Assembly: GCA_965263355.1 (NCBI GenBank)
Contig: CBDHHL010000032.1
Coordinates: forward strand, 2,976,001 to 3,040,000
DNA: 64,000 nucleotides
From: Leptolyngbyaceae cyanobacterium
GTDB lineage: Bacteria > Cyanobacteriota > Cyanobacteriia > Phormidesmidales > Phormidesmidaceae
Reading direction: 5' to 3'
Made by a program: the position numbers and the translations under genes. Positions 9,027 to 17,968 of this stretch are shown here, piece after piece. Numbering within the stretch: position 1 is the stretch's first letter; the number at the start of each line of letters is the position of its first letter. The notes under the pieces were generated by a model. The model was not told the DNA's origin. It did not search any database and was given only the letters and a program-made list of their open reading frames with translations.

Positions 9027-9989
9027 TTGGGTACCGTGTTAGAACGTGTTCGTATTCAAAATTTTCGCTGTCTTCGGGATGTCACCCTGGAGTTAGGTCC
9101 GTTTACGGTATTTGTGGGACCTAATGCGTCGGGGAAGAGTGCGATCGCAGATGCTTTAACAGTTTCACCCACAGATTTAGTAAAAGACCATAAGTCTTTA
9201 CACAGGCTAGACGCTCCTATGTACCATACTGAAGAGTATATCCAATTGTTTGAACGGAGTTACTTTTGGCAGGGCAAAGAACATCCGTGTTGGACTCAAG
9301 AAAATTTATCGTCTTATGACCCTTCTAAAGTTTTAATGGGTCAAAGGTCTAAGTATTCATTTTTATTAAGTGCATTGTGCAGATCATATCAAGCTAATGA
9401 AGTATGGAAGCTTGATTCACAAGGTAGTAATTTAGCCAATCTCTTCAATACTCTTTCAAGAACAGCACAAAGCAGGTATGTAGACACTTTCACTGGTCTC
9501 GTACAAATGTATTCTGATGTTAAGGTCAGAGCAATGCAAGGAGAAGTTCGCCTACAATTTCTAGACCGCTGGCATGAAGATTTTTGGTATGAACCCGAGC
9601 AAGTCTCAGACGGTACTATGCTGATTGCAGCCTTAGTTGCTCTTTGCTTCCAGCGAGACGCCCCGACACTGGCAGTAATTGAAGATCCTGATAGGGCTTT
9701 GCATCCTTATCTACAAAGGCATGTTGTTCAAATGTTGCGAAAACTAAGCAGGGGAGAGTTAGGTAGTGAACCTATTCAAATTGTCTGCACCACACATTCG
9801 CAATCTTTTTTAAATTGCTTAGAACCAGAGGAAGTTCGCTTTATTCGACGCAGTCGTGAAACTGGCGAAACCGAAATCCAGAAAGCTCCGACAGATAACC
9901 CCAACTGGCAAACGGTTTATGACCAATTTCAAAACTCCTTAGGCAGTATGTGGCTAACGGGTGCGCTTGGCGGAGTGCCTGGAATTTAA
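9027..9989 (+). CDS. ABC/SMC-like AAA ATPase (AAA_21/AAA_15 type)
   Basis: IQNFRCL, Walker A GPNASGKS, signature VSDGT, Walker B IEDPDRALHP, H-loop TTHS, C-terminal LGSMWLTGALGGVP. Confidence 0.85.
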   Translation: MGTVLERVRIQNFRCLRDVTLELGPFTVFVGPNASGKSAIADALTVSPTDLVKDHKSLHRLDAPMYHTEEYIQLFERSYFWQGKEHPCWTQENLSSYDPSKVLMGQRSKYSFLLSALCRSYQANEVWKLDSQGSNLANLFNTLSRTAQSRYVDTFTGLVQMYSDVKVRAMQGEVRLQFLDRWHEDFWYEPEQVSDGTMLIAALVALCFQRDAPTLAVIEDPDRALHPYLQRHVVQMLRKLSRGELGSEPIQIVCTTHSQSFLNCLEPEEVRFIRRSRETGETEIQKAPTDNPNWQTVYDQFQNSLGSMWLTGALGGVPGI

Positions 9990-9991
9990 TC

Positions 9992-10717
9992 ATGACAGCA
10001 GTTTGTATGGTGGTCCATGCGGAAGGACCCGGAGATTTGGGAGCAACAACATGGGGCCTGTCACCCAAGGACTCATTACAATTGGATGACCTGGGTCCAG
10101 CTCATATCATCGTGCAGCGAATTTTGACTGAAGGTGCGCGAATCCCTGCACCAGCTATCGATTTTGTAGAACCACTACGGACTAAAACTGGTGCACGTGC
10201 ACATGGTAGCCAGTTATTGAAGCCCAGTGTTCTTGATGAAATTCTTGCAGCGTGGCTGCTTGCCCCGCCATTAATTGTTTTGCTTGTGGATAGTGATGAT
10301 CAGCCACCAGCAGAACGCGCTGCAATATTAGAGGCAGGGCTTGAAAGAAATTTCCTAGCTGGGGCTGTTGGTGTCGCTGTTAAGGAGTTTGAATCTTGGC
10401 TGATAGCGGATGCTAAATCTATTAGTCAGGTCATAGGTAAGGTTGGCCATAATTACCAAACTCCTGAAAGATTAGCCTGTGGTGAGGCTAAGCAGACTCT
10501 GCAGACATGGATTCAGAAAATTGCCCATCCAGCGCGTCAGCTGATTGATATCCGTCGAGAGGTCGCAACTGCCATGAACTTAGATGTGGTGGCTAATCTG
10601 TGTCCTTCCTTTAAAGCCTTTCGTCAGGCATTGTTAGCCTTGGATGTTCAGAATTCAAGACAAAATAATCTTGTCTATTCAGACTCATCTGGCAGCAAGG
10701 TTTCAATCAAGATTTGA
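9992..10717 (+). CDS. DUF4276-like (TOPRIM-related) partner of the ATPase
   Basis: N-terminal VHAEGPGD, LVDSDD, EFESWLIAD and CPSFKAF patterns; ATG 2 nt after the ATPase stop. Confidence 0.65.
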   Translation: MTAVCMVVHAEGPGDLGATTWGLSPKDSLQLDDLGPAHIIVQRILTEGARIPAPAIDFVEPLRTKTGARAHGSQLLKPSVLDEILAAWLLAPPLIVLLVDSDDQPPAERAAILEAGLERNFLAGAVGVAVKEFESWLIADAKSISQVIGKVGHNYQTPERLACGEAKQTLQTWIQKIAHPARQLIDIRREVATAMNLDVVANLCPSFKAFRQALLALDVQNSRQNNLVYSDSSGSKVSIKI

Positions 10718-10902
10718 GCTTGCTGCTGTTTTTCTTGTAGGAAGCTGTCGCATTTTTTTAGCTCGGTGACCGCCTTTTCAAACTGCTCAAAAATATCGGC
10801 TAAGGGCAGATCGCCGGTTTCTAAATCGTTGATGATCGCCTCAACTTTTTCGACCGAGGTTTCATAGTTCCAGGTATCAGCAGACTTTTTAGCTTTAGGC
10901 AT
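10675..10902 (-). CDS. xseB: Exodeoxyribonuclease VII small subunit
   Basis: WNYETSVEKVEAIINDLETGDLPLADIFEQFEKAVTELKKC pattern; start set at ATG 10902, not the longer 156-aa ORF. Confidence 0.88.
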   Translation of the reverse strand: MPKAKKSADTWNYETSVEKVEAIINDLETGDLPLADIFEQFEKAVTELKKCDSFLQEKQQQAQILIETLLPDESE

Positions 10903-11128
10903 GGTTATTGAGGCATACGGGGCTAGGGATAGTCTTGCTGACCCTAGAGCCTTTTGCAACTGGGACGTTGAGGGGGAGCTACAAAATAAAGTGTGGTTTT
11001 CAAAAAGTTGGGTGTGATTATCAGAATAAGTTCTTACTGACCGGCAGAATACAGTTGTAGTGCGATGGTTTTCGATCTCCTCTTCGAAAACACTAGTGGT
11101 TTCTTCACGATAGTTGGTCTCCCTGGTT

Positions 11129-12268
11129 ATGCAACGATTCAACAATTGGTCTAATTCCTGTTTGAAATTCTGGTTATCTGCCGGACTTAGCGTAGCGGCA
11201 CTCCTGCCAACTGTGGGTATGCCCGCCTCAGCTCAATCCGTTCAATCAGTTTCCACATCCGTCCAACTTGCTCAGGCGTATAGTTCTCTCACGCTATTGC
11301 GCAACATTCAGCATGGTCGTAATGCTACCAGGATCGCCTTTAGCCCAGATGGGCAAATGCTTGCCAGCACAGGGGGTGACGCGATGCTGCGAGTATGGGA
11401 TGTGAATGCTGCCTTACAAGGGGATGATAAGCGGTGGATCCGCCGTCTGATTGCTATTCCTGGTGCTGATCGCCACGTCACATCTATGGCCTTTAGTCCA
11501 GATAATCGCTATCTAGTGACAGGCACTTTTAATGGTGGAGTCCGGGTATGGGATCTCAATAACTGTGAACGAGATCGTCCCATATGTAGTTCTCAGCTAA
11601 TCTTGGAGCGAGATTATAGAGGTGTTGCTCCCGTGGTCAAGTTTAGCCCCACTGGTCGCTTGTTAGCGGCTAGTAACTATGACGGTACGGTCACCCTATG
11701 GAACTGGAGTAATCGCCAAGTAATTACTGTGCTGGAGCCAGAAACCGGTTCCCATACTGGTGATCGATTGGATGGACGATTTTCTTCGTTAACCTTTAGT
11801 CCCGATGAAGCCTATCTGGCCGCAGGCAGCCACGATGATTTTATTACCCTATGGAGTTTAGACCCTGAAGATGAGTATGAGCGTCTGACCACAATTGACA
11901 CCGGGAATGGGGTGGATACTGTTGCTTTTAGTCCTGATGGTGAGCTATTGGCAAGTGGCAATTTCCGAGGTGTTGAGATTCGTTCAATTCGGACCCGACG
12001 GGGCCGCTTGCAGATCAAAGACTACTCAGAACTTGAGGTTGGCAAACGGATCAATACTCTGGCGTTTTTACCCGACGGGCTGTCTCTGTTTACTGGCGAT
12101 AATGTAGAGCATGTAGGTTTATGGGATATTGAGGAGGAAGAACCCCTTGCGGTTGTTCCAGGCGATCAGCAGCATGGTCATCCAGTGTTGCAAGTAGCCA
12201 TCTCACCCTCTGGTGATCTTTTGGCCAGTGCCAGTACAAACGGTGTGATTAAATTTTGGCGTCCCTGA
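11129..12268 (+). CDS. Secreted WD40-repeat beta-propeller protein
   Basis: About 7 repeats of AFSPDG...LAS...RVWD type; hydrophobic N-terminus ending ASA-Q. Confidence 0.85.
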   Translation: MQRFNNWSNSCLKFWLSAGLSVAALLPTVGMPASAQSVQSVSTSVQLAQAYSSLTLLRNIQHGRNATRIAFSPDGQMLASTGGDAMLRVWDVNAALQGDDKRWIRRLIAIPGADRHVTSMAFSPDNRYLVTGTFNGGVRVWDLNNCERDRPICSSQLILERDYRGVAPVVKFSPTGRLLAASNYDGTVTLWNWSNRQVITVLEPETGSHTGDRLDGRFSSLTFSPDEAYLAAGSHDDFITLWSLDPEDEYERLTTIDTGNGVDTVAFSPDGELLASGNFRGVEIRSIRTRRGRLQIKDYSELEVGKRINTLAFLPDGLSLFTGDNVEHVGLWDIEEEEPLAVVPGDQQHGHPVLQVAISPSGDLLASASTNGVIKFWRP

Positions 12269-12300
12269 TGCGATGGGTAGTTTTTTGAGCAGCTATAGGC

Positions 12301-13530
12301 TTAGGATGGCTGCTCAGAGATACTGATCACTTCAGCATCTATTTGGCTCTGTCCAAGATCGATGGAGATGTGGTCGCCAGGGGATAGTGTGATCGCTTGG
12401 CTGACGACGTCTCCCGATGTCTTTCTTACGAGGGCATAGCCTCGACGCAACACAGACTCAGGATCTAACGTTGCAAGTTTTTCTCTCAGTAGTTGATGTT
12501 GATGTTGTTTAGTTTTTAACTGTTGAGATATGGCCTGAATCAAACGTTGGGTTCGCCATTGCTGTGCTTGTTGTGCTTGATCTAGATTGTTCTGGGGTTG
12601 CAGCTGTTGCAGGCGCTGGTAAAGCCCCTGTAGGTTCCTTTGGTATTGCGAAAGCTGGATGTTAGTAGTTTGGATAAGGTTCTGGAGTAACTGACGTTGG
12701 GCGTAATGGAGATCACTTAGGGCCGGTACAATCGTTTCTGCGGCAGCGGTAGGGGTATGGGCACAAACGTCAGCAACGAGATCTGCGAGAGATTGGTCCC
12801 GTTCATGACCGATGCCAGTGATTACAGGAATGGGGCAGGTTGCGATCGCACGCACCACCCGTTCATCATCAAAACATACTAAATCCTCCACTGCGCCGCC
12901 GCCCCGGCCCAGTAGCAAAACATCTGCCCGACCATCAACCTTGACCTGTTCAATCGCCTGGACAATAGATTTAGGAGCCTGTTCTCCTTGCACAATGGCA
13001 GGCGATAACAATACGTTTAATCCTGGATGTCTTTGATTTAGAGTTTGTTGAATATCCCCCCAAGCTGCTGCCTGTGGTGAGGTGACCACTGCAATAAACT
13101 GAGGTAAATCAGGGAGCGCCCTTTTCCGCTCTGCCTCAAACAGCCCTTCAGCGGCAAGACGATTGCGTAGTTGACGATAGCGCAATGCCTGGAGCCCAGC
13201 TCCAGCAGGTAGCACCTGCCAGGTTGTGAGTTGATAGCTGCCACGTTTTGGATAAACCTTGAGTTGGCCCAACACCACGACCTGTTCACCCACTTTTGGG
13301 ACAACGCTGAGTTTTGGCAACTGACTGCGCCAAACTACAGCATTGAGTGTGGCCTCACCATCAGGTTCCTGCAACGAGAAAAAGCAACCGCTGCTGTGCT
13401 GGCGAGCGCTAGATACTTCGCCAATAATCCAAATATTGCGGAGGTTTTTATCGCCTTCCAGTAGCAATTGAATGTACTCGGTGACACCCGCTACACTGAC
13501 TGCCTTGAAGTCTAAAGTCTCCGTTGCCAT
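12301..13530 (-). CDS. xseA: Exodeoxyribonuclease VII large subunit
   Basis: OB-fold start (WIIGEVSS), VVTSPQAAAWGD, RGGGAVEDL, GIGHERD, TPTAAAE and VLRRGYA. Confidence 0.95.
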   Translation of the reverse strand: MATETLDFKAVSVAGVTEYIQLLLEGDKNLRNIWIIGEVSSARQHSSGCFFSLQEPDGEATLNAVVWRSQLPKLSVVPKVGEQVVVLGQLKVYPKRGSYQLTTWQVLPAGAGLQALRYRQLRNRLAAEGLFEAERKRALPDLPQFIAVVTSPQAAAWGDIQQTLNQRHPGLNVLLSPAIVQGEQAPKSIVQAIEQVKVDGRADVLLLGRGGGAVEDLVCFDDERVVRAIATCPIPVITGIGHERDQSLADLVADVCAHTPTAAAETIVPALSDLHYAQRQLLQNLIQTTNIQLSQYQRNLQGLYQRLQQLQPQNNLDQAQQAQQWRTQRLIQAISQQLKTKQHQHQLLREKLATLDPESVLRRGYALVRKTSGDVVSQAITLSPGDHISIDLGQSQIDAEVISISEQPS

Positions 13531-13572
13531 AGATATTGTTGGATCATTTGGACAATTAAATACTATTTTTAT

Positions 13573-13586
13573 AGTACATTTGTATG
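13573..13586. promoter_or_regulatory. Candidate cyanobacterial LexA box in the divergent xseA/recA promoter region
   Basis: AGTAC-ATT-TGTATG, one mismatch to the cyanobacterial consensus RGTACNNNDGTWCB; located upstream of recA. Confidence 0.55.
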
Positions 13587-13678
13587 TTGTCTGGGTATAC
13601 TTATACAGTTGGGCATGATGTGATTACAAATTCCAAACACCTGATCCAGTTCAGTAAGCTCCCATATCATGAGCTTTA

Positions 13679-13751
13679 TAAATTTCGTCCACATCCAGAA
13701 CGGTTGTTTTTCTGTAGAAAACCCTACAGGTTGCAACTTGGACGTGGTTTA
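13679..13751 (+). repeat. Dispersed TA-bounded hairpin element, copy A
   Basis: The last 46 nt match copy B (54415-54490) at 40/46 positions; ends TTGGACGTGGTTTA. Confidence 0.8.
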
Positions 13752-13804
13752 ATTGCTGAACTCGGCCAACCTTATCGCTTTTATCGCTAAAACTTTTAGG
13801 CAGC

Positions 13805-14911
13805 ATGGCAAAAACATCCACCGAAAGCAATGAGCGCAAGAAAGCGCTAGATATGGTGCTCAATCAAATTGAGCGCCACTTTGGTAAAGGTACCATCATG
13901 CGCCTAGGGGATGCTCAGCGTATGAAAGTTGAGACGATCCCAACCGGGGCGATGACCCTTGATTTAGCGTTGGGCGGTGGGTTGCCTAAGGGACGTATCA
14001 TCGAAATTTATGGTCCTGAAAGTTCAGGTAAAACAACGTTAGCGCTACATGCGATCGCTGAGTCTCAAAAGCAAGGTGGAGTTGCAGCCTTTGTGGATGC
14101 CGAGCATGCCCTTGACCCAGTATATGCGGCTGCCCTCGGTGTGAATATTGATGACTTACTTGTTTCCCAGCCTGATACTGGGGAAGCAGCGTTAGAAATC
14201 GTGGATCAGCTAGTGCGCTCCTCTGCCATTGATTTAGTGGTGATCGATTCCGTAGCTGCGTTAGTACCCCGAGCCGAAATTGAAGGGGAAATGGGCGATT
14301 CCCATGTAGGCTTGCAGGCCCGTCTGATGAGTCAAGCCCTACGCAAAATTACCGGTAATATCGGTAAGTCTGGTTGTACTGTTATTTTTCTCAACCAGCT
14401 TCGTCTAAAGATCGGGGTTACCTATGGTAATCCTGAGACAACTACAGGAGGAAATGCGCTGAAGTTTTATGCATCGGTGCGATTGGATATTCGTCGTATT
14501 CAAACCCTGAAAAAAGGTAACGATCAGTTTGGTATTCGTGCCAAAGTAAAAGTTGCTAAAAATAAGATCGCGCCGCCCTTTAAGATTGGTGAATTTGACA
14601 TCATTTTTGGTGAAGGCATCTCTACGCTGGGTTGCATTGTCGATCTTGCAGAAGAAAATAGCATTCTGACCCGTAAAGGAGCCTGGTATAGCTATAAGGG
14701 TGACAATATTAGCCAAGGGCGTGACAATGCCATTCGCTACTTGGTTGATAACCCAGACGTAGCTACTGAAATTGAACAGCAGCTACGTCAAGCGCTACAA
14801 ATTGGTGATGTAAGCGCTCCTAACACCGATAGCACCGATAGCACCGATAGCGATAATGAAGAACCAGTGGCAGAACCGCCAAAGAGTTCTTCTAAAAAGA
14901 GCAAATCCTAG
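13805..14911 (+). CDS. recA: Recombinase RecA
   Basis: [23 protein letters not shown] and [10 protein letters not shown]. Confidence 0.99.
   Translation: MAKTSTESNERKKALDMVLNQIERHFGKGTIMRLGDAQRMKVETIPTGAMTLDLALGGGLPKGRIIEIYGPESSGKTTLALHAIAESQKQGGVAAFVDAEHALDPVYAAALGVNIDDLLVSQPDTGEAALEIVDQLVRSSAIDLVVIDSVAALVPRAEIEGEMGDSHVGLQARLMSQALRKITGNIGKSGCTVIFLNQLRLKIGVTYGNPETTTGGNALKFYASVRLDIRRIQTLKKGNDQFGIRAKVKVAKNKIAPPFKIGEFDIIFGEGISTLGCIVDLAEENSILTRKGAWYSYKGDNISQGRDNAIRYLVDNPDVATEIEQQLRQALQIGDVSAPNTDSTDSTDSDNEEPVAEPPKSSSKKSKS
14824..14850 (+). repeat. 3 x 9-bp tandem repeat (CACCGATAG) encoding TDS-TDS-TDS in the acidic RecA tail
   Basis: Read directly from the sequence. Confidence 0.9.
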
Positions 14912-15000
14912 AGAGGTATTAGGTTTTACCCATTGTCGTTAATAGGCAAATCTAGGCAGGTTATTTGCTGTCTATCACAGTAACTTGTGGTGGGGAAGGG

Positions 15001-15576
15001 CTAATGCAAGGTTCTGTCACCGTTTGCATCATCACCTATGGGACTATATGCTGGCTCGATTGGGTCAGCTTGATTGCTACATTGGAAGAAATGGAATAAA
15101 GAGCTACCAATACGAATACGATCACCATCACGTAGGGCGTATACTCTTTGCAATTTTTCTCCATTGACGTAGGTGCCATTGGTACTTTCTAGATCAGAGA
15201 TGATAAATCCCTGTTTAGCAATGTATTGTAATGCGGCGTGGCATCTAGATAACCGTCTATCTGCTATAGCAATGTCTGATTGACGAGGATCTCGACCAAT
15301 TGTCCATAGACCATCTTTGGAATAAAAGCGTTTGGATGCGCCGGTTGCTAAGTTGCTAATAATGTAAACAAGCTGCTCGTCAATTATCCCTTGAATGTAG
15401 TGTGAAATCTGTACTGCAGGATGAGCATTAATGGCAAGCATGTCATCTAATAGCTCACGGTCGTGTTCATATAGTTTAGAGAATGCTGTAAATAAACCTA
15501 GCTTCGCTTTTGCGTTGTCTTCGTCTTCGCCAGAGAACGTCATACGATATTCAGCTAGGTTTTTTGGATAAGCCAT
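15001..15576 (-). CDS. FHA domain-containing protein
   Basis: WTIGRD, LSRCHA, DLESTNGTYVNG and LRDGDRIRIG. Confidence 0.88.
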   Translation of the reverse strand: MAYPKNLAEYRMTFSGEDEDNAKAKLGLFTAFSKLYEHDRELLDDMLAINAHPAVQISHYIQGIIDEQLVYIISNLATGASKRFYSKDGLWTIGRDPRQSDIAIADRRLSRCHAALQYIAKQGFIISDLESTNGTYVNGEKLQRVYALRDGDRIRIGSSLFHFFQCSNQADPIEPAYSPIGDDANGDRTLH

Positions 15577-15859
15577 AAAAGTTCAAATAGAACGTTTAGT
15601 TTGAGCCCGCTTAATTCAGTGACGATATGGATTCAAAAAATGAATCTTCAGCTCCAGTATTCGTCAGCATTTAGGTAACGTGGGACACATTATGATATTT
15701 CTATAAAACTTTGAACTGCGTAGAAAATATTGTAAAAGAATAATTGATTTTCCGGATAATTACACTTAAAAGGTGAAGCTAATTTTTCTTTGGCCGTATG
15801 ATTTTTTGGCAAAGGCACTAATCAGTTGTTTTCAGGATTGTTTTGATTGGTAAAAAACT

Positions 15860-16762
15860 TTATTGAGCGGGCGTAGGACTCGCTAAAAACTGCATTAGTT
15901 CACGATTCACACTACTGGGAGCTTCTTGCTGAATCCAATGGCCACAGTCAGGAATCGAGCGCTTAATATAACTTGTGCTCGATAGTGTCTGCGGAAAACC
16001 ACCTGGTACCAAGTGGTCCTCTTCACCCCACATAAATAGTGTGGGTGATGTCAAAGGTAACGTGGACAAACGTGATGGACTGAACCAACTATTAGTCCAG
16101 TCATTCAAACTAAAGCAATGGCGAACATGTTGTAACACTGCAGGTATAACGCCTGGTTTTTGAAGAGCAGCTTGATATAAATCAGTATTTGCTTGGGTAA
16201 AGGCACTTTTCCTAACAGACTGTTGTTGGAAAAGATAAGTGAGTAATGAGGGTAAATGATCTTTTATCAGCCACTGAGGTAACCCTGGAGTTTGCAAGGC
16301 TAACAGGTGCCAGTTACGTTGTAAGTGTTCCCAACTGTTGGAGAGACCGTGGCTAAGAGCAGTTTGCCAGCGCTGAGGTGTACTCAGTACGGCTAATTTA
16401 TCTACGCTATTAGGAAAACGCCTTGCTAAGTTCCAGGCAATAGTGCCACCCCAGTCATGACCCACAATATGAGCTTTTTGGTAACCTAACGTGTGGATTA
16501 AGGCATGGATGTCAGCGCTTAAGGTATCCAGGTCATAACCACTATGGGGCTTATCAGAATCGTTATAGCCGCGTAAGTCAGGGACGACTACCTTGAAGTT
16601 ACGAGATAGGTGCGGTAGCTGATGACGCCAAGAATACCAAAATTCAAACAGACCGTGGAGCAAGATTAAGAGCTTACCATTGCCTTGAGTCACATAATGG
16701 AGCTGCACCGAATTTGCTTTAACGTACCTATGTTTCCAACTCAAAAATGCGGCTCCAACCAA
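15860..16762 (-). CDS. Alpha/beta hydrolase, epoxide hydrolase-like
   Basis: LLHGLFEFWYSWRHQ, DLRGYN, GHDWGG nucleophile elbow and GHWIQQE. Confidence 0.85.
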   Translation of the reverse strand: MVGAAFLSWKHRYVKANSVQLHYVTQGNGKLLILLHGLFEFWYSWRHQLPHLSRNFKVVVPDLRGYNDSDKPHSGYDLDTLSADIHALIHTLGYQKAHIVGHDWGGTIAWNLARRFPNSVDKLAVLSTPQRWQTALSHGLSNSWEHLQRNWHLLALQTPGLPQWLIKDHLPSLLTYLFQQQSVRKSAFTQANTDLYQAALQKPGVIPAVLQHVRHCFSLNDWTNSWFSPSRLSTLPLTSPTLFMWGEEDHLVPGGFPQTLSSTSYIKRSIPDCGHWIQQEAPSSVNRELMQFLASPTPAQ

Positions 16763-16853
16763 ATAACGAACATAGTGACCCTTAGTGAATTAGCTGTCAC
16801 TTTCAAATATTGTGCACTAAAAGTCGCAAATCACGACTGGCCCATGTGTGTAC

Positions 16854-17195
16854 CTATGCAGAACGATAGGCGACCTGGTATTCAATAGGTTGAATACGAT
16901 ACTTAACTAGATTAGCTAGTTCTTGAAGCTGATTAATTGCCTCAGCACCTTCCAATTTCATCAGCTCACGATCATCACGCATTTCTGTCCACGTGATGCC
17001 ATAATCTGAGACCAAGAAACGGATCAAATGGTCATTGCCTAAACTGACCATAAACGAAGCACTATTAAGCTGATCACCGCAAGTGTAACAGGACGCTAAG
17101 TACCCTTGATTCTCAAGGACAATTGCGAGTGCTTTTAGATTTAGGACCAAATCTTTTACGAATTGGCGGTGCTGCTCTGCAAGTCGAACAAACAT
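16854..17195 (-). CDS. Conserved cyanobacterial protein (DUF1815 family)
   Basis: MFVRLAEQHRQFV...ASCYTCG...RFLVSDYGITWTEMRDDRELMKLEGAEAI pattern. Confidence 0.75.
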   Translation of the reverse strand: MFVRLAEQHRQFVKDLVLNLKALAIVLENQGYLASCYTCGDQLNSASFMVSLGNDHLIRFLVSDYGITWTEMRDDRELMKLEGAEAINQLQELANLVKYRIQPIEYQVAYRSA

Positions 17196-17706
17196 TTGCG
17201 TTCTCCTTTCCACCGGTCACATTGTAATGGTGTATTTTAAGTTTTGCTTAATATTTTTTTATAAACTCTTCTATTAGCTCCTCTTAACCTTCAGCTTAGA
17301 TAGAGCTAATTCAGGTCAAAAATGATTAATATTACGTACATGAGTGTCTGCAAACTAAAACTAAGTTGAATACGATGTACAGGAAAGTCTGCCACCTTGA
17401 ATACTGCAATCGGTGAAAGTTTCCTAAAGACCGACTTTGGAAGTACTTTTATTCAAACTACCCATCTCAATAGAATGAGACGATATTCGTGTTGAAAACA
17501 CTCCTAGGAACTTAAAAAAAGTATAAGTAAAACTTTTATCAATGATTTGAATAAGGCCAGAACAACCTGATTGATTGCTCGGTTAATAAATCATGACATT
17601 AGCAATACCATAGCTACCTTAAGCCTATCTGTCTACGAAAGGAGTCTTCTTTGTAACGGTTTTTCTAAAAATGAATATTTACTGAGTATAGATTGTAACT
17701 CAAGAT

Positions 17707-17922
17707 TTACTTAGCTAATGTCCACCAGCCAAAGGCTGGGCCGATAAATCTGACGGTTAGCCACAGCATGATCATAAGAACGATACCAGCCCAGGCACCG
17801 CGTGTACTCCAGGTCATGAAATCCTGAGATTGCTTTTTGGTGATGGGAAGCCAAGGCAAGATGCGTTCAGGCTGCCCATAGTCCCTGCCAAGTTTTGCCT
17901 GTCGTCGCTTTGCTTCTCCCAT
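17707..17922 (-). CDS. Small membrane protein (DUF2839 family)
   Basis: MGEAKRR start; one TM segment ending VRFIGPAFGWW. Confidence 0.75.
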   Translation of the reverse strand: MGEAKRRQAKLGRDYGQPERILPWLPITKKQSQDFMTWSTRGAWAGIVLMIMLWLTVRFIGPAFGWWTLAK

Positions 17923-17968
17923 GGTGTCCTGTTGGCTTCTTTTTTAAGGTTATTTGAATTGAGACTTA

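Noticed and set aside
10941..10970. Possible fourth, degenerate copy of the bulged hairpin element (ACCCTAGAGCCTTTTGCAACTGGGACGT)
   Set aside because: Only a partial match to one arm; it lacks the GGTTTA end and the central motif
10903..11145. N-terminal extension of the 156-aa ORF containing xseB
   Set aside because: XseB similarity begins at MPKAKK (ATG 10902); the extension overlaps the WD40 gene start and promoter region
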